Source of the DNA: Gordius albopunctatus
Taxonomy: Eukaryota
Length of the DNA stretch: 64,000 nt
Direction of reading: 5' to 3'
Assembly (NCBI GenBank): GCA_964276515.1
Contig: OZ193910.1
Span: 5,828,001-5,892,000 of the forward strand
Shown here piece after piece: positions 25,205-37,526 of the stretch; the first letter of the stretch is position 1; each line of letters opens with the position of its first letter. The position numbers were made by a program, and so were the translations under genes. A model generated the notes under the pieces. That model was not told the origin of the DNA and ran no database searches. It saw only the letters and a program-made list of their open reading frames with translations.

Positions 25205-26778
25205 GTTTTTTGGAATATTGTCATCTCCCGTTACTATCTTAATATTTCAAACACTTTTAAACCTACTATCTTTGCTATCGTAAGTTTAATCACATATAAT
25301 GATCAAATTACAATTTATTTTTATTAAAATATATTAAATTAGTTAATTAATTTTAATTATTAATTTGTATTATTGTATTGGTTTTCATAGTACTCCTTAT
25401 CCATTTTTTTACTCTTTTCTTTTCTCACTGCTTATATATAACACTTAAATATGATAGTGAGTTATGGAAATAGAAGAATCAAGTATAAATGTAGCAAGCA
25501 CATCATGCATGAAAATTTTTCCATTTCCAAAATATGCTAATATGTTTAAACTTAAAGATAATCAGCATAATAAATTTAATTTGAGTTGGAATGTCTTTTA
25601 TGCAATGCCAAACTCAAGACTTCTAGATCTTGTTTCAATTTGACTAGGCATCTAAAGGTAATCTTTTTACTTATTTTTATTTAATAATTAAGTAAATAAA
25701 AAATTCATAGAGATTTTGTTATAGTGTAATCAAATTTTATGTGCGGGTGCGAGTGCGCGCACCTTTAATACTGGTGCGAGTGCGTGCACCGGATTTGCCT
25801 CAATGTGTGAGTGCGAGTGCGGCACCGGTTTTTGAAGTGCGTTTAACAACTCTGAGATATATCAACATTTATTGGCACTTTGTTAAAAGTATTTTCATTT
25901 TTCTCCTTATTTAACGCGCAAAAAATGACAAAATTAGATTTTTTAATTTATTTAGCCACACAGGAGGGGACACGACGTTGTATAATAATAATAATTGACG
26001 TGAAAAATAAGCAAAAAATGACTATGATTTAATGTTTAAAATCGTAAAAAGTTTCCATTTTCCGCAACACATGCCTACTGCATTTATCACACTACCTACA
26101 CGATAGATACGCAGTACGTCATGAGGTTGCGTTTGATGACGTTTTATTAAACGGCAAAACATATAAAACAAACTAACTCAAAAACTACTGGACCGATTTA
26201 GCTCGAACATATCTTAAAACATGCTCCGGCGTGTGGGGAATAAACTGTGAAATTTTGAGCCAAATCGGTCTGGTAGCTCTATAAAATTGGTGGCGGCATA
26301 CATACATACACACATACATAAACACATAGTTTCATTTTTATATATAAGATTTATATGCGTTTATTTAAACCCCTTCCCCTTATCAAAATTCGTCCCACTA
26401 TATCTGGAAAAAGGAGTACATACTGATACTACCCACGCGATGTTTACTAACACATCAATCTCTCCCATAGACTAAATAGACTGCTCATTCCCTTTAAAAA
26501 TTGATGCCAGTTTTGACCGCCACGTTGAAAGAATATAATCAAACCAACTATTTTAACATTATAATGGTATTAAATTTTTCCAATAATTTTTATGTAATTT
26601 CAAGTGAAAACTTATGTCATATGATAAAAAAATTCTTTGTATAAACGATTATATTTTTTAGCTTATGTTATAATAATAAAATTATTCAAATATTAAGAAA
26701 AAAAACATTAAATTTATCAGACAAACTATTATAATTCTTTTTTTACCCTCTTTATTAACCTGAAGGGGGGGGGGCAAA

Positions 26779-29009
26779 TCACCTCCCCCCCCCCGTCGTC
26801 CTCTTCCCCGGTACCTCCATGTCCAGTACTTTTCGATTTACGTCATCCGTGTTCCTTCTTAGTATATGCCCATACCACCTTAGCCGATTTTCGTTAATCA
26901 TGTCCGCCATAGGTTGAATACCCATTTTTGTCATTAGAAAGTCATTAGTCATATGGTCAAGCTTAGTATACCCCATGCTCCACCGTATCATTCTTATCAC
27001 TGTGGCTTGTAATAGCTTTCCTTCCGTGGTGTTTAATGCCCATGTTTCACTTCCATAGAGTAACACCGGTCTTACGATGGATTTGTAAGCTTTGCTCTGC
27101 AACCATATTGGCATTTTCTTGTCGCACATCAGATTATACCGGATATATTTCGCCATTTAAGCCATCCTTTTTGAATCCGGGCATTGACTTCCGTTGCGCA
27201 ACCTCCCTCTTGATGTAGCATCGAGGCGAGGTAAGTAAACCTGTCTACTTTTTGGGTACTTTAGATGGTCATCCATCATTTACATGTATACCGTTTTTCG
27301 ATCGTTCACCTTTAAACCATATCCAGCTAAGCGCTTTGACCACTTTTCAACTTCTTTGAATACTTTCTCCCCTGTTTCCTCGCATAGTACTATATAATCA
27401 GAATGTAGTATACACCATGGCGATGGCTTTTGAATGTCCCTCGTTATCGTGTCTATAATTATATTAAATAAAAAGGGACTTAAAGCAGAGCCTTGATGTA
27501 ATCCAATATTAACCCGAAAAGGTTTAAAGTCTTCAACTGTCGTCCTAACGCAAGAGTTTGAGGCTTCATAAATATTTTTTATAAGCCGTATATATGCGTC
27601 ATGGATATTTTGTTTCCTCAGGCACCACCATATTAAATCGCGAGGGACCGTGTCATAAGCTTTCTCCAAGTTTATAAAAACCATATGTAGGTCTTTCCTC
27701 TTTTTACCATACTTATCCATCATTTGTCTTAGGGCGAAGATTGGATCGATTTGGGATTTGCCGGCCACGAATCCGAATTGATTAGCCGATATTTCCACCT
27801 CGTTTTTCATCCTTGTTACTAAGATCCTTTCCATAAGCTTCAAGGAGTGGCAAGTTAGCTTGATACCTCTGTAATTGCCGCAGTCCTGAGGGTCTCCTTT
27901 GCCTTTAAATAAGGGTATAATCGTGCTTGCTCTTCTACTAATATCTTGTGTGACTCCTTCTTCACGACATCCTAGCAATGCTTCCATAGGTATTCCATCT
28001 GGGCCATTTGCTTTTCCTTTTTGCATCTTGTTCCTTTGTATCCTAACTTCATCCTCCTGAAATAGTTCGACCATACCTATATTTGGCTCAATTTCGGGAA
28101 GGGAATCCTTGTCATTTGCAATATTCATAAGTTTCTTAAAATATCCTTTCCATCACTTCTTTAGGCTTGAATAAGGTTTGACCCTTCTCGCTTTTGACTA
28201 TTTCAAGAACTCCAACATCGCGACTTTTTTTCTCTCTTATCTTGGCCAATTTTTACATAATCCTATCGCCCCCTTTAAGATCCAGTTTGTTTGCCATCTC
28301 GGTGTACGCGGAATTCTTCGCTTTTGCAATGGCCTTTTTTGCGGCCCTCTTTGCGTACCTGTACTTTTGATAATCCTCCAACTTTTTTTGATTTATGCCA
28401 CCTATATAGATTTTCCTTTCTTTCGATTAAATCTCTAACCGATTAATCCCACTACCATAGTTCCCTATTCATAGCTTTGCCTCCTTTGCTCTGTCCTAGA
28501 ACACAAATCGCTATTTCCTTAATGTCCTTAGATAGCGTCTCCCAATCGTCGTCTACATCCCTTTGCAACTTCCTTGCACCCAAGAGTGAGGAGGCTTTTT
28601 GATGGTATTCTTTGTTCGTCGACGTATCCTTTAGCCTTTCGTATCGAATTCGAGGTTCATAGAACTTTCTTCTTTCGGGAAATACTCTTCTGTCAAAATC
28701 CAAAACATAGGGACGATGTTGCCAGGCGATTTATTCTCCCTGTATTACTTTGCAATCCTTGATACTCCATAATTCCTTTGCCGTATAAGCAAATAGTCGA
28801 TTTGACTAAATTGCTTCCCACTTTTATAGGTCACAATATGATCTTCGCACTTTTTAAAATAGGTGTTAACGATCGCCATGTCATATGCTTGGGATACTTG
28901 GAGAAGTTTTTCCCCTTCTTTATTCTTCCGACCATGCCCATAGCCGCCATGATTGTTTTCATACCCGAGGCGATCTTTTCCTACGTGAGTGTTGAAATCT
29001 GCCCCGATA
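26779..29009 (-). mobile_element. RTE-clade non-LTR retrotransposon, decayed and truncated (APE C-half, RT, C-terminal region)
   Basis: Frameshifted pieces IGADFNTHVG..NTYF...TYKSG..SQIDYLL, GPDGIP, NYRGIKL, QFGF, F(I)NLEKAYD, GLHQGSALSPFLF, LLYGSETW and RLRWYGHI. The YADD motif has decayed to HSDY. Confidence 0.92.
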
Positions 29010-29525
29010 TGTGACGGCTGGCGGCTAAGGCGAAAAGTAGCGACTTTATTGAAAAGATTTTACAATATTAGGAATTAATTTATTCACGCGAGTACGATTA
29101 AATATTTACAGCAATACAGAAAGATTTACAATTAAATTATCTGCGACGGTAAAATTACGATCAAAAGGGGAAGCGTAGGGATTGAGAACAATTATAAAGG
29201 GTTTAGGACAAATACAAAGTTTTGGGAAAAACTTTAAGGACTGCAATATGGATTTAAGATCTCGCTTTTAAAGCTGTTGAATCCTCCCTGGGTGGTGGGC
29301 TTGATTTAACTAGCGATGACCTGGCGATCTTCGGACGGGGCTGCGAAAATGAGTACCAGATGTGGCTGAGTTAAAAATAAAAAGTAATTAAACAAAAAGA
29401 GCGTCAAAGAAACTTAGCCATTTCCGCGTCTAGGTTAACCCGCGATAAAAGTGCTTCCTTTGACCAATCCCTTTATTTTAATTATAAGGATCGCAGAACC
29501 GTTCTTTAACCCTTTTATATTAACA
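29010..29525 (-). mobile_element. Possible solo or partial LTR abutting the RTE fragment
   Basis: The minus strand ends AATAAAGTCG...GCCGTCACA, i.e. a poly(A) signal shortly before a CA terminus. No matching TSD was found. Confidence 0.35.
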
Positions 29526-31186
29526 TTAATCAAATAAATCTAAGTAAGATTAAAGTATACCGCGGATATTAAAACGCTGTATACTAACATATGGTAACGT
29601 GGTATACACGTATACCACAATTAGTTTTATAAAGTTTTTAATGATTTCTTTATTGGAGTTATCACGTCTGATATCTAGGAAATCCAACCCATTTAGGGTA
29701 TGAGGGTTTACATTTTCTGCATCTAGTGCCAATATTGAATTTATTGCCTTTAAAAATTCTATACTCTTCTTCTCGATTTTCGCATATAAATCACAAAAAT
29801 TAAATAAATGATTCTTACTGACAATAATGCAGGCATGGGCATAGCTAGCATTCAAATTAGACAGCGGCCAGGCAATAATAATAATTTAAGGAGGGGCAAA
29901 ATGATCATTTTTTGAAATTTTAATAAATTTCAACAAATTTTTTGATTTAAAGGGCGGCAGCCGCCCCTCCCTGCCCTCTCTTGGCTACGGCCATGAAAAC
30001 AGGCTCGATTGTTGTTGTTTTCTATAATAATAAAAAGGCGTATTTAATTTTTTTTATAATAAAGGTTTATTTCTAAATGATTGTGTATGATACATGCAAA
30101 AATATATTAAATTAACGAGAGATGACATAGAGCTATGGATTAAAATTGTATTGGATTTTACAATTTTCTTCTTGATGTCCAAAAATTCGTTGGAATCGTG
30201 TGTAATTCTTGTTCATAAAAACAATAAAACTCGGCTTATAAATTCATTTTAAATAATGATTTTTATGATGAACTAGTTCATTTATATTGTAAAGTTCAAG
30301 TTCAGAATATAAAAAAATTAACTAGTTCAAGTTCAATTTTTGGAAAGGTAACTAGTTCAGTTCAAGTTCAGAAAAAAGTGAATTAGTTCAAAATGAACTA
30401 GTCCTTAACAGCTCTACAAATATATAAGGCTAAAAAAATATATAATAATTTAAGCTTAGAGAAGATAATATGAATATAGCATGTAAATAATTTACCAAAT
30501 TTACCTTTTTACTTAGTTCAAGATGGCAGATTTTAGGCTTCAAATTTTTCATATGTATGCATGCTCAATGAGTAGTCTATTTAGTCTATGATCTCTCCCT
30601 TTCTCTATCTCTTCCACTCGCTTCCCCAATCCAAGCGCACATGAAGGGGGCGGGAGTGGAGGAGAAATAGAGGAGAGTAGGTGAAGGAAGAGAGATATGT
30701 GTTAGTCATAGACTAGAGTGTTAGTAAACATCGCATACGCAGTATGAACTCTATTTAAATATAAGGGTGATATGAAAAAATAAAATAATGGACGTATAGA
30801 TATTAACATATTTTGATATAAATTGAAAATTCCTAAAAAAAAGGTAAAATTGGCCTTTTTTGCACCTTCAACCTCGTTCATCTAAAAAACGGGAAGTTTT
30901 GGAAAAAAATAAAGACATTTTATTATTCAGCGCTAAATTTTCTATCAAATTAAATGGCCTGATAGCGGAATGAAATCACAAAGTTAATATTTGTAGATCT
31001 GTGTAATTTTGGAGGCCATTTTCGATCAATATAATCTCTTGATAAAATTAAAGTCTGTACATATCAATACCAATTCTTTAAGAGAAAACTGTTTGTAAAT
31101 TGTAAGCATTTGTAGTTTAGATGATTTTTTTAATTTTTAGGCTCACTAAATTATTTTAGCTGGCTTAAAATATAAAAATATTTTGC

Positions 31187-34100
31187 TTAACCGAGCCAGA
31201 AATACCTTGTAGTGGTGGTTGAGCTTGTGTACTCTCGTGATCCAAGAAGCTATACCTTTGGTAGCCAAACACAATTTTTGTGTTTGTTACAGGTGGGGTC
31301 ACCCTATTGGAAATGTTCTTGGTGAAGGGTCAGACTAAAGTTTCTTGGCTTTTTGAGGCAGTACTAGTGAAATGGAAGTGCTAGATTAAGCCTATCAATA
31401 CGAGTGGTCTAAAGAAAAGTTTATTTCACCAAAATGACGACATCATAAAGAATAGTAAGTAGTCAAGCGCCAAAATCTAACATAGTTCCGTCAGGCTTGG
31501 AAGGCCGGGATATCAATACTCCCTCATTCAATATAAACCAAAATGTATACTATGAAAGTTCGTAATAATGAAAGTAATCAGAGCGCTAGGGCGTCCTCCA
31601 TAAACGACGCACATGGTAGGCGCCCGTATCATGTGAAAAGTCAACGAGGGTCACTACACCTTCCGCAAACGGATGTAGTTAAAGAAACTAGTTTGCTAAG
31701 GACGAGATTGAGAGTGGGCTCGCTAAATTTTGGAACGATGACTACAAAATGCCGAGAAGTTGCTGACATCCTCAGCAAGCGAAGGGTCGATATAGCGTGT
31801 ATACAGGAAACAAGATGGAAAGGCGCAAAAGCAAGGATGATAGGTGAAGGCTATAAACTTTACTTCAATGGCCTAGAAACGAATAAAAATGGCGTTGCAA
31901 TCATATTAGCTTCCCATCTGCAAGATAAAGTCATTGAGGTACAAAGAAAAAGTGGGCGACTCATGATGTTGAAACTATACATAGAAGGTCAAATGATTAA
32001 TTTAGTTTCCGGATATGCTCCGCAAACAGGGTGCACAGATGAAGAAAAGGAGGACTTTCGGGAAGAATTAGACGAAACGCTGCGAATGATACCCAGAGCT
32101 GAGATAGTTATAATTGGAGCGGATATGAATGGTCACGTAGGCCAAACAAGAGAAGGATTTGAACTAGAGGTGGGGGCGGGCCTAATTTTTTATTCACGGC
32201 CCGCCCACTCACGGTGGTATTAAAGAAAATTCACGCCCACTCACGCTTACCACTAAAAATTTTTTGACCTGACCCGCCCGCTCACGAAAGGCAATATTTT
32301 GATTCACGCACGTCACGCCAGAAAATTCACGGTGTTTTTAAATTTTTCAAAATTGGTAACCTATAATTATACACTTTTTTGAATTTATTCTATTTATTTC
32401 TATAATTCCATAACAAAAAATAAATATAATCTACTCCTTCACTACTCATACATTACATTAAAGCATTTATTACAAATAATAAAAAGTAAAAACTTTCAAT
32501 GACATTTGTAAATACTAAAATTTATAATTTAATGCGAAGAATTACATTTTCATTGTAAAATAATATATATAATAATAAAATACTTGAAATAAGATCACTA
32601 TATACATGTAAATAAACTTGTTGATAAATATAAATTTTAAAAGAAAAAGCTAGAAAAAGTAAAATTAGGTTCACTCGGATGTTGTTCATAAAATGCGAAA
32701 GATTTTTTGTTTTCAAAAACTAATCTTTTTTTTTAAAACTAAATTAAATAATAAATAATATATTTTTTTTTAAATTATAAATTTGCAAATTTATATTAAT
32801 AAAAAACAATTTTAAAAATTAAAATTTCCGTGATTTATAGAAATTTGTGTTCACGCCCACTCACGCTTGGCCATCACAAATACCTTCTTCAAAAAGAATG
32901 TAAATCACCTAATAACGTACAAAAGTGGAAATCGATCTTCGCAGATTGACTTCCTCCTAATATCAAGAAAAGAATTAAAGAATGTACGAGATTGTAAGGT
33001 GATACCAGGTGAAGCTATCGCAGAACAGCATAGACTTGTTGTGATGGACTATACCATCTCCAAGGCTAAAACACAAAAGCCGAAGAGATTAAATGGAAAA
33101 ATCAAATGGTTCCGACTACCAAAATTGAAAGATATTTACAATGACCAAATAGATGATCAGCAGAATGCTAACGATATGTGGAATAACATAGCTAACACGG
33201 TACGATCAGTAGCGAGATGTGTTCTAGGAGAAGGTAAACCAGGTATGCATAAAGATAAGGAGACATGGTGGTGGAACGAAGACGTGCAACGCCTAGTCAA
33301 GTTAAAAAGAAATCTTTACAAATTATGGCCAGGCAACAGAAATGAAGAAACACGATTGGCATATGCGAAAGCTAAAAACGAGGCAAAACGTTGTGTAGCC
33401 AAGGCTAAAACAGAGGTCTACGAAAATTTGAATGCCAAGTTAACCAGTAAAGAAGGGGAAAGAATGATCTACAAAATCGCAAAGACCAGAGCTAGGAACT
33501 CAAATGATGCGGTAAACGTGAAATCTATAAAGAGCAAGGAAAACATCAGTCTAACCCTGGACCATCAAATCATAGATCGTTGGGAAGAATACTATAAAGA
33601 ATTATTAAACAGTGAAAATGTGTTTTCGGACCCCTGCGAAAGCAAGACCTATGAATATGACCAAGAGTTAGAAGTGACAGAGGAAGAGGTTGACCAGGTG
33701 TTTAAAAAGAAGAGCATAGGTAGAGCGGTGGAACCTGATAATATACCTAAGGAAGCTTTTAAAATGCTAGGACCCCTAGGTGTACATCTACTTGCAAAGC
33801 TGTTTAACAAAATACTTGCAAGTGGTACGATACGAAGCCTGATGAGTGGAGGGAAAGCTATGTTATATCTATCTATAAATTGAACAGAGATGTACAAGAA
33901 TGCAACAACTATCGAGGGATAAAGTTAACGAGTCATGTAATGAAGGTATGGGAAAAGGTTATAGAAGCTAGACTCCGAAAAATAATATCAATAGATGAAC
34001 GACAATTTGGGTTCATGCTTGGAAAGTTGACTTCAGATGCAATATATGGTCTTAGGAGACTTATGGAAGTATATAAGGAAAAACAAAAGGATCTTCATGT

Positions 34101-35167
34101 GTTTCATCGATCTTGAGAAAGCTTTCGATAAAGTGCCAAGGCAGTTGATATGGGATAGCCTGAGCCCCAATGGTGTACCCGACGCTTATATAATGTTAAT
34201 AAAGGATATGTATAGAAACGCAAAAACCAAAGTACGGACATCCAATGGTACGTCAAATGGATTCAGTCTAAATGTCGGTGTGCATCAAGGATCGGCCCTA
34301 ATTCCATTGCTCTTCATAACAATAATGGATTCGATAAGGAAGAACCTGAAACGCGAATCACCTTGGGCAATGCTCTTTGCGGATGATATCGTCCTGTGCG
34401 CAGGCTCAAACGTGGAATTAGCAGAACATGTAAAAGTGTGGATGGAACGAATTGAAAGCAAATGCCTTAGGGTCAACCGAGATAAAACTGGATATGTATG
34501 CTTGGAGTCGGGGAATGAATACAAAGAAATACACTTGCAAATTGATGACTGGTGTTTAAGCAGCAAGAAAGAATTCAAATATCTTGGTTCTAGGGTACAA
34601 TGTGATGGAAGTGTGGAAAACGAAATTAAGGCAAGAATAAACGCAGACTGGTTAAAATTCAGGGAGTTGAGTGGTGTCCTATGTGACAAGCGCATACCAC
34701 TCAAATTGAAAGGACGGTTATATAACACCGTTATTGTACCCACGGTATTGTATGGAGCGGAAACCTGGGAAATTAGGGTAAAAGAGGAGCAAATCTTGGC
34801 CACAATGGAGATGCGGATGTTAAGATGGATCTTGGGAATAAGCAAAAAGGACCATATAAGAAATCAAGACATAAGGGATAAACTAAATGTAGTTCAAATT
34901 CAGAGAAAGTTGGTGGTAAGAATATTGAGATGGTATGGCCATTTGGAGAGACGGGAGGAAAGTCACTTGGCAAATCGTATCAAGAAAGTGCAAGTCAAAG
35001 GTAAGCGAAAGAGAGGGGGGCCTAAACTGACATGGAAGCATAAAATAGATATGGATTTGAGAAGGTACGAGCTAAAGCAAAGCTGGTGTAAGTGCAGGAA
35101 TACACGGAGAACCTACTTGAAGGAGCTGACCACTAAATGTGACAAACAGCTATAGGAAAAAAAATAA
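31187..35167 (+). mobile_element. Full-length but inactivated RTE-clade (BovB/Expander-like) LINE
   Basis: 15-bp TSD ATAAAAATATTTTGC (31172-31186, 35168-35182). It has a structured 5' UTR, APE (CIQETRW, GYAPQ, GADMNGHVG, SQIDF, EQHRLV), RT (FIDLEKAFD, GVHQGS, LFADDIV, FKYLGS) and an A-rich tail. Two frameshifts and a MITE insertion inactivate it. Confidence 0.95.
32165..32866. mobile_element. One-ended hAT-type MITE inside the RTE endonuclease
   Basis: It starts TAGAGGTGGGGCGG with tcacgcccactcacg subterminal repeats and an AT-rich core. The right TIR is missing, together with part of the APE coding sequence. Confidence 0.7.
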
Positions 35168-35678
35168 ATAAAAATATTTTGCCTGTTTTTAAACAGTTTT
35201 TACCATGAACCTTTTTTTAGTGCTCAAAAGTTAACATAAAACTTGTTTCGACTTTAAATCCAGTTTTGCTAAATTTTAAATTCCTTAGCAATTAAAGAAT
35301 AATATCATTAAAAGTATTTCTTAGCTCAAGTTCCCATACTGACTCTAACGCTCGGTTGGTCAGGTGGAGTTCCTGAGAGCCCAACCCTTTTTAAAACGAG
35401 TTGCAATTAATGAAATAAAATTTCAACGCAAATTTGATATAATATGCATAAAATTTTTAAAGGATTAATCATTTTTACCATGGTCACTATTTTTAACACA
35501 AATGAAGTGTAAATAGAAACAATTAGGATTAACAAAGTGTCTTGTCAAATTGTCGTTGCAACCTTTTTGAGAAACATAAAACTACATGATACTTTTATGT
35601 TTCTTATTTCAATTTGATTTCTGTTCCAATATATACTAATTTTCCACTTTATTTCACAATATAATTTTATCATCAATC

Positions 35679-36620
35679 ATTGTTAACGCTCCTTTTTAAA
35701 AGTAGCGACTCCCGCTCCTTTGATTTTCATTTTTTTAGAAGGTACACGAAACAGAATCATATTTTTTTATCAAAACGTTTTATTTATATTATATATCAAA
35801 ATATTTATAATCTTTTATTAGCTTTTAAAAGTAATATATTTTCTAAATCAGAATCTAACAAACACCCACGGTTCTCCCCTAAGACCTGTTTTGCGATACT
35901 AAATAGGCGCTCCACAGGAGCACTAGAGGGAAGCGGGGTATTGTATTTAATAAAAATATTTTTAATTCATGGAATTGTTCAAAAATAGTAATTTTGCTAT
36001 CATTCTTTAAAAAATATCTATCCAATATATTATTTTCATGGTAATCGATTTCATGGAATCCAAAGAAATCTTCCAAATCATTACAAGGTTCCCGTGAACT
36101 AGTTGTAGCTATCTTTCCTTCGTGTATTTGTTTCTTTAAAAAATTAATTAATATGGCTTTTAGTTCCATATTTTTGGATCTTTTATCCATTCCCAATTCA
36201 ATTTAGATGCAAGAAGGACAATCGCTGCAATTATATTATCATCATTATAAATATTTGGAAATCTGCAATAAGGTTATTTAAATAGATATAATTTATTTGT
36301 TATTATAAACCTTCTATTAATACCACTGATGAGAGACTTTACAAGAGGTTGGCAAAACTCTAAATCTGATAATTCATTTAATTTTGAAATGAGTTTAAAA
36401 ATGGTAGGACTTAGGAAACCCATATAAATTCAAATAAAATAAAATTATATTTTCATTAAATTTTAATTAACTCATATTATTAATATTTAAAAAATAATAT
36501 AACCGCTCCTCCGCTTCAGCCCTAAAGGAGCTACTCCCGCTCCTCATTTTTAAAAAGGAGGGGCGCTCCAGCTTTTTTTGGAAAAATGTAGCGGCGCTCC
36601 GGAGCGGCGCTACAAGACTG
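35679..36620 (-). mobile_element. hAT deletion derivative inserted in the Gypsy 3' LTR
   Basis: It is absent from the other LTR copy, has cgctcc/ggagcg subterminal repeats and ends CTACAAGACTG. The minus strand reads KYNTPLPSSAPVERLFSIAKQVLGENRGCLLDSDLENILLLKANK (hAT dimerization domain). Confidence 0.85.
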
Positions 36621-37038
36621 ATCAATTTCCATCAGTACAAAATAATAATCATCTCCAATATCATACATTCAATACATTATATATTTTTTTACATTCTTGC
36701 TGACCTCGATATTTAATTTATGGTTCTCTTTTTACAATAAAGAGTATTATTTTTACATAAGTGAGTTTTCTTTAAATATCTTCTGGATCTTGATTAAAGG
36801 TGCGTGTGTGTTATAAATTTCAGTAGGAAAAGTACAAAATTAGAATTTTACGTTAACTAGAACCGTGATGTGGATGATTTGCCAAATATCAAGTTAGAAA
36901 AGGAATGAAGGTAATTTGGCAGCGCGTGTGTAGGAATTAATAGAATTTAACATTAAGTATGATCTATCAAAGATAAAAATGAATTAGGTTAATTTCGGCA
37001 TAACCATATGCCACACCCCCCCCCTTTTTAATAGCTTA

Positions 37039-37526
37039 TCACTGCCCCTGCAGATCACCTGCCAAGGTGATAGCAACTAGCGGGGTGACCAGAGCACTAC
37101 CAACGACAGTTGTTACCGACCCGCTGGTTTGTACTTGGGATGCAATCACCTGCCCTCAAAGAGGCGTGACCACTTGCCCTCCAACAGGCAAGGTACTTAT
37201 ATTATTATTTACGTTAACAATCGAAGGCGGACACAATGGCAAACGATGCCATCGCTGACATCTTTCACAACGTCTTCGATTAGCACCTCGCGGGTGCCGT
37301 CGACCACCACCTCCTCTGTTAATACGCGTCGTTGCCTGCCGATACACATGACCATTCCTCTTAGCTTCCTGGGGAATCCCCAGACCCCTATTAACCGGGA
37401 ACTCTGCGAAACATGTAATTATCGGTATACCGTCCATTCCGATTACACGTGAAATATGGAGAGGACACGGAGGACGCACTCGGGCTAATCGCTCCACAAC
37501 AATTCTTACAATGCTATCACGTCCAT
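37039..37526 (-). pseudogene. Accessory ORF of the Gypsy element between pol and PPT (Arg/Gly-rich, CX2CX3HX4C), one in-frame stop
   Basis: A GC-richer frame follows a tttttgtacattatag acceptor: ...RINRGGGGRRHPRGANRRRCERCQRWHRLPLCPP... It has an internal TGA at 37156 and a final TGA at 37039. Confidence 0.5.

Larger units (their letters stand above)
24109..25854 (+). mobile_element. Non-autonomous hAT element with BED zinc-finger exon remnant
   Basis: TIR CAGAGTTGTTAA...TTAACAACTCTG with subterminal gtgcgcgcac/gtgcg repeats. About 25464-25657 encodes MEIEES..FPFPKY..MF.../LECLLCNAKLKTSRSCFNLTRHLK followed by a GT donor (one frameshift). The empty site is visible in the upstream tandem unit (gaactgagatatatc). 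Confidence 0.85.
23591..26349 (-). mobile_element. Probable non-autonomous Helitron with two ~320-bp internal tandem units, interrupted by nested elements
   Basis: The minus-strand 5' end is A|TCTTATATATAAAATG followed by a (TATG)n microsatellite. The 3' end has hairpin GGGCC-TTG-GACCC about 8 nt before CTAT|T, a degenerate CTRR. The internal unit 23645-23957 is repeated at 23965-24108 plus 25855-26023. Confidence 0.5.
26466..30590. mobile_element. P-element-like DNA transposon shell (CATAG termini) holding several nested insertions
   Basis: 24-bp TIR CATAGACTAAATAGACT(G/A)CTCATT and a perfect 8-bp TSD ATCTCTCC (26458-26465, 30591-30598). A possible transposase C-terminal remnant lies at 29550-29830 (-). 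Confidence 0.7.
26413..30752. mobile_element. Small palindromic MITE (possibly PIF/Harbinger) split by the nested 26466-30590 element
   Basis: Left gagtacatactg...gcgatgtttactaacac is the reverse complement of right gtgttagtaaacatcgc..cagtatgaactc. Confidence 0.55.

Noticed and set aside
33649..34973. Antisense ORFs over the RTE, and similar ones over Gypsy, DESI2, CDC16 and cadherin exons
   Set aside because: They are shadows of real coding frames on the opposite strand.
36320..36360. Other CTGATGA matches (also ~3284, 3665, 8864, 33839, 46268 on the minus strand, 55898)
   Set aside because: None has a stem II followed by GAAA plus a closing stem I, and several are inside coding sequence.
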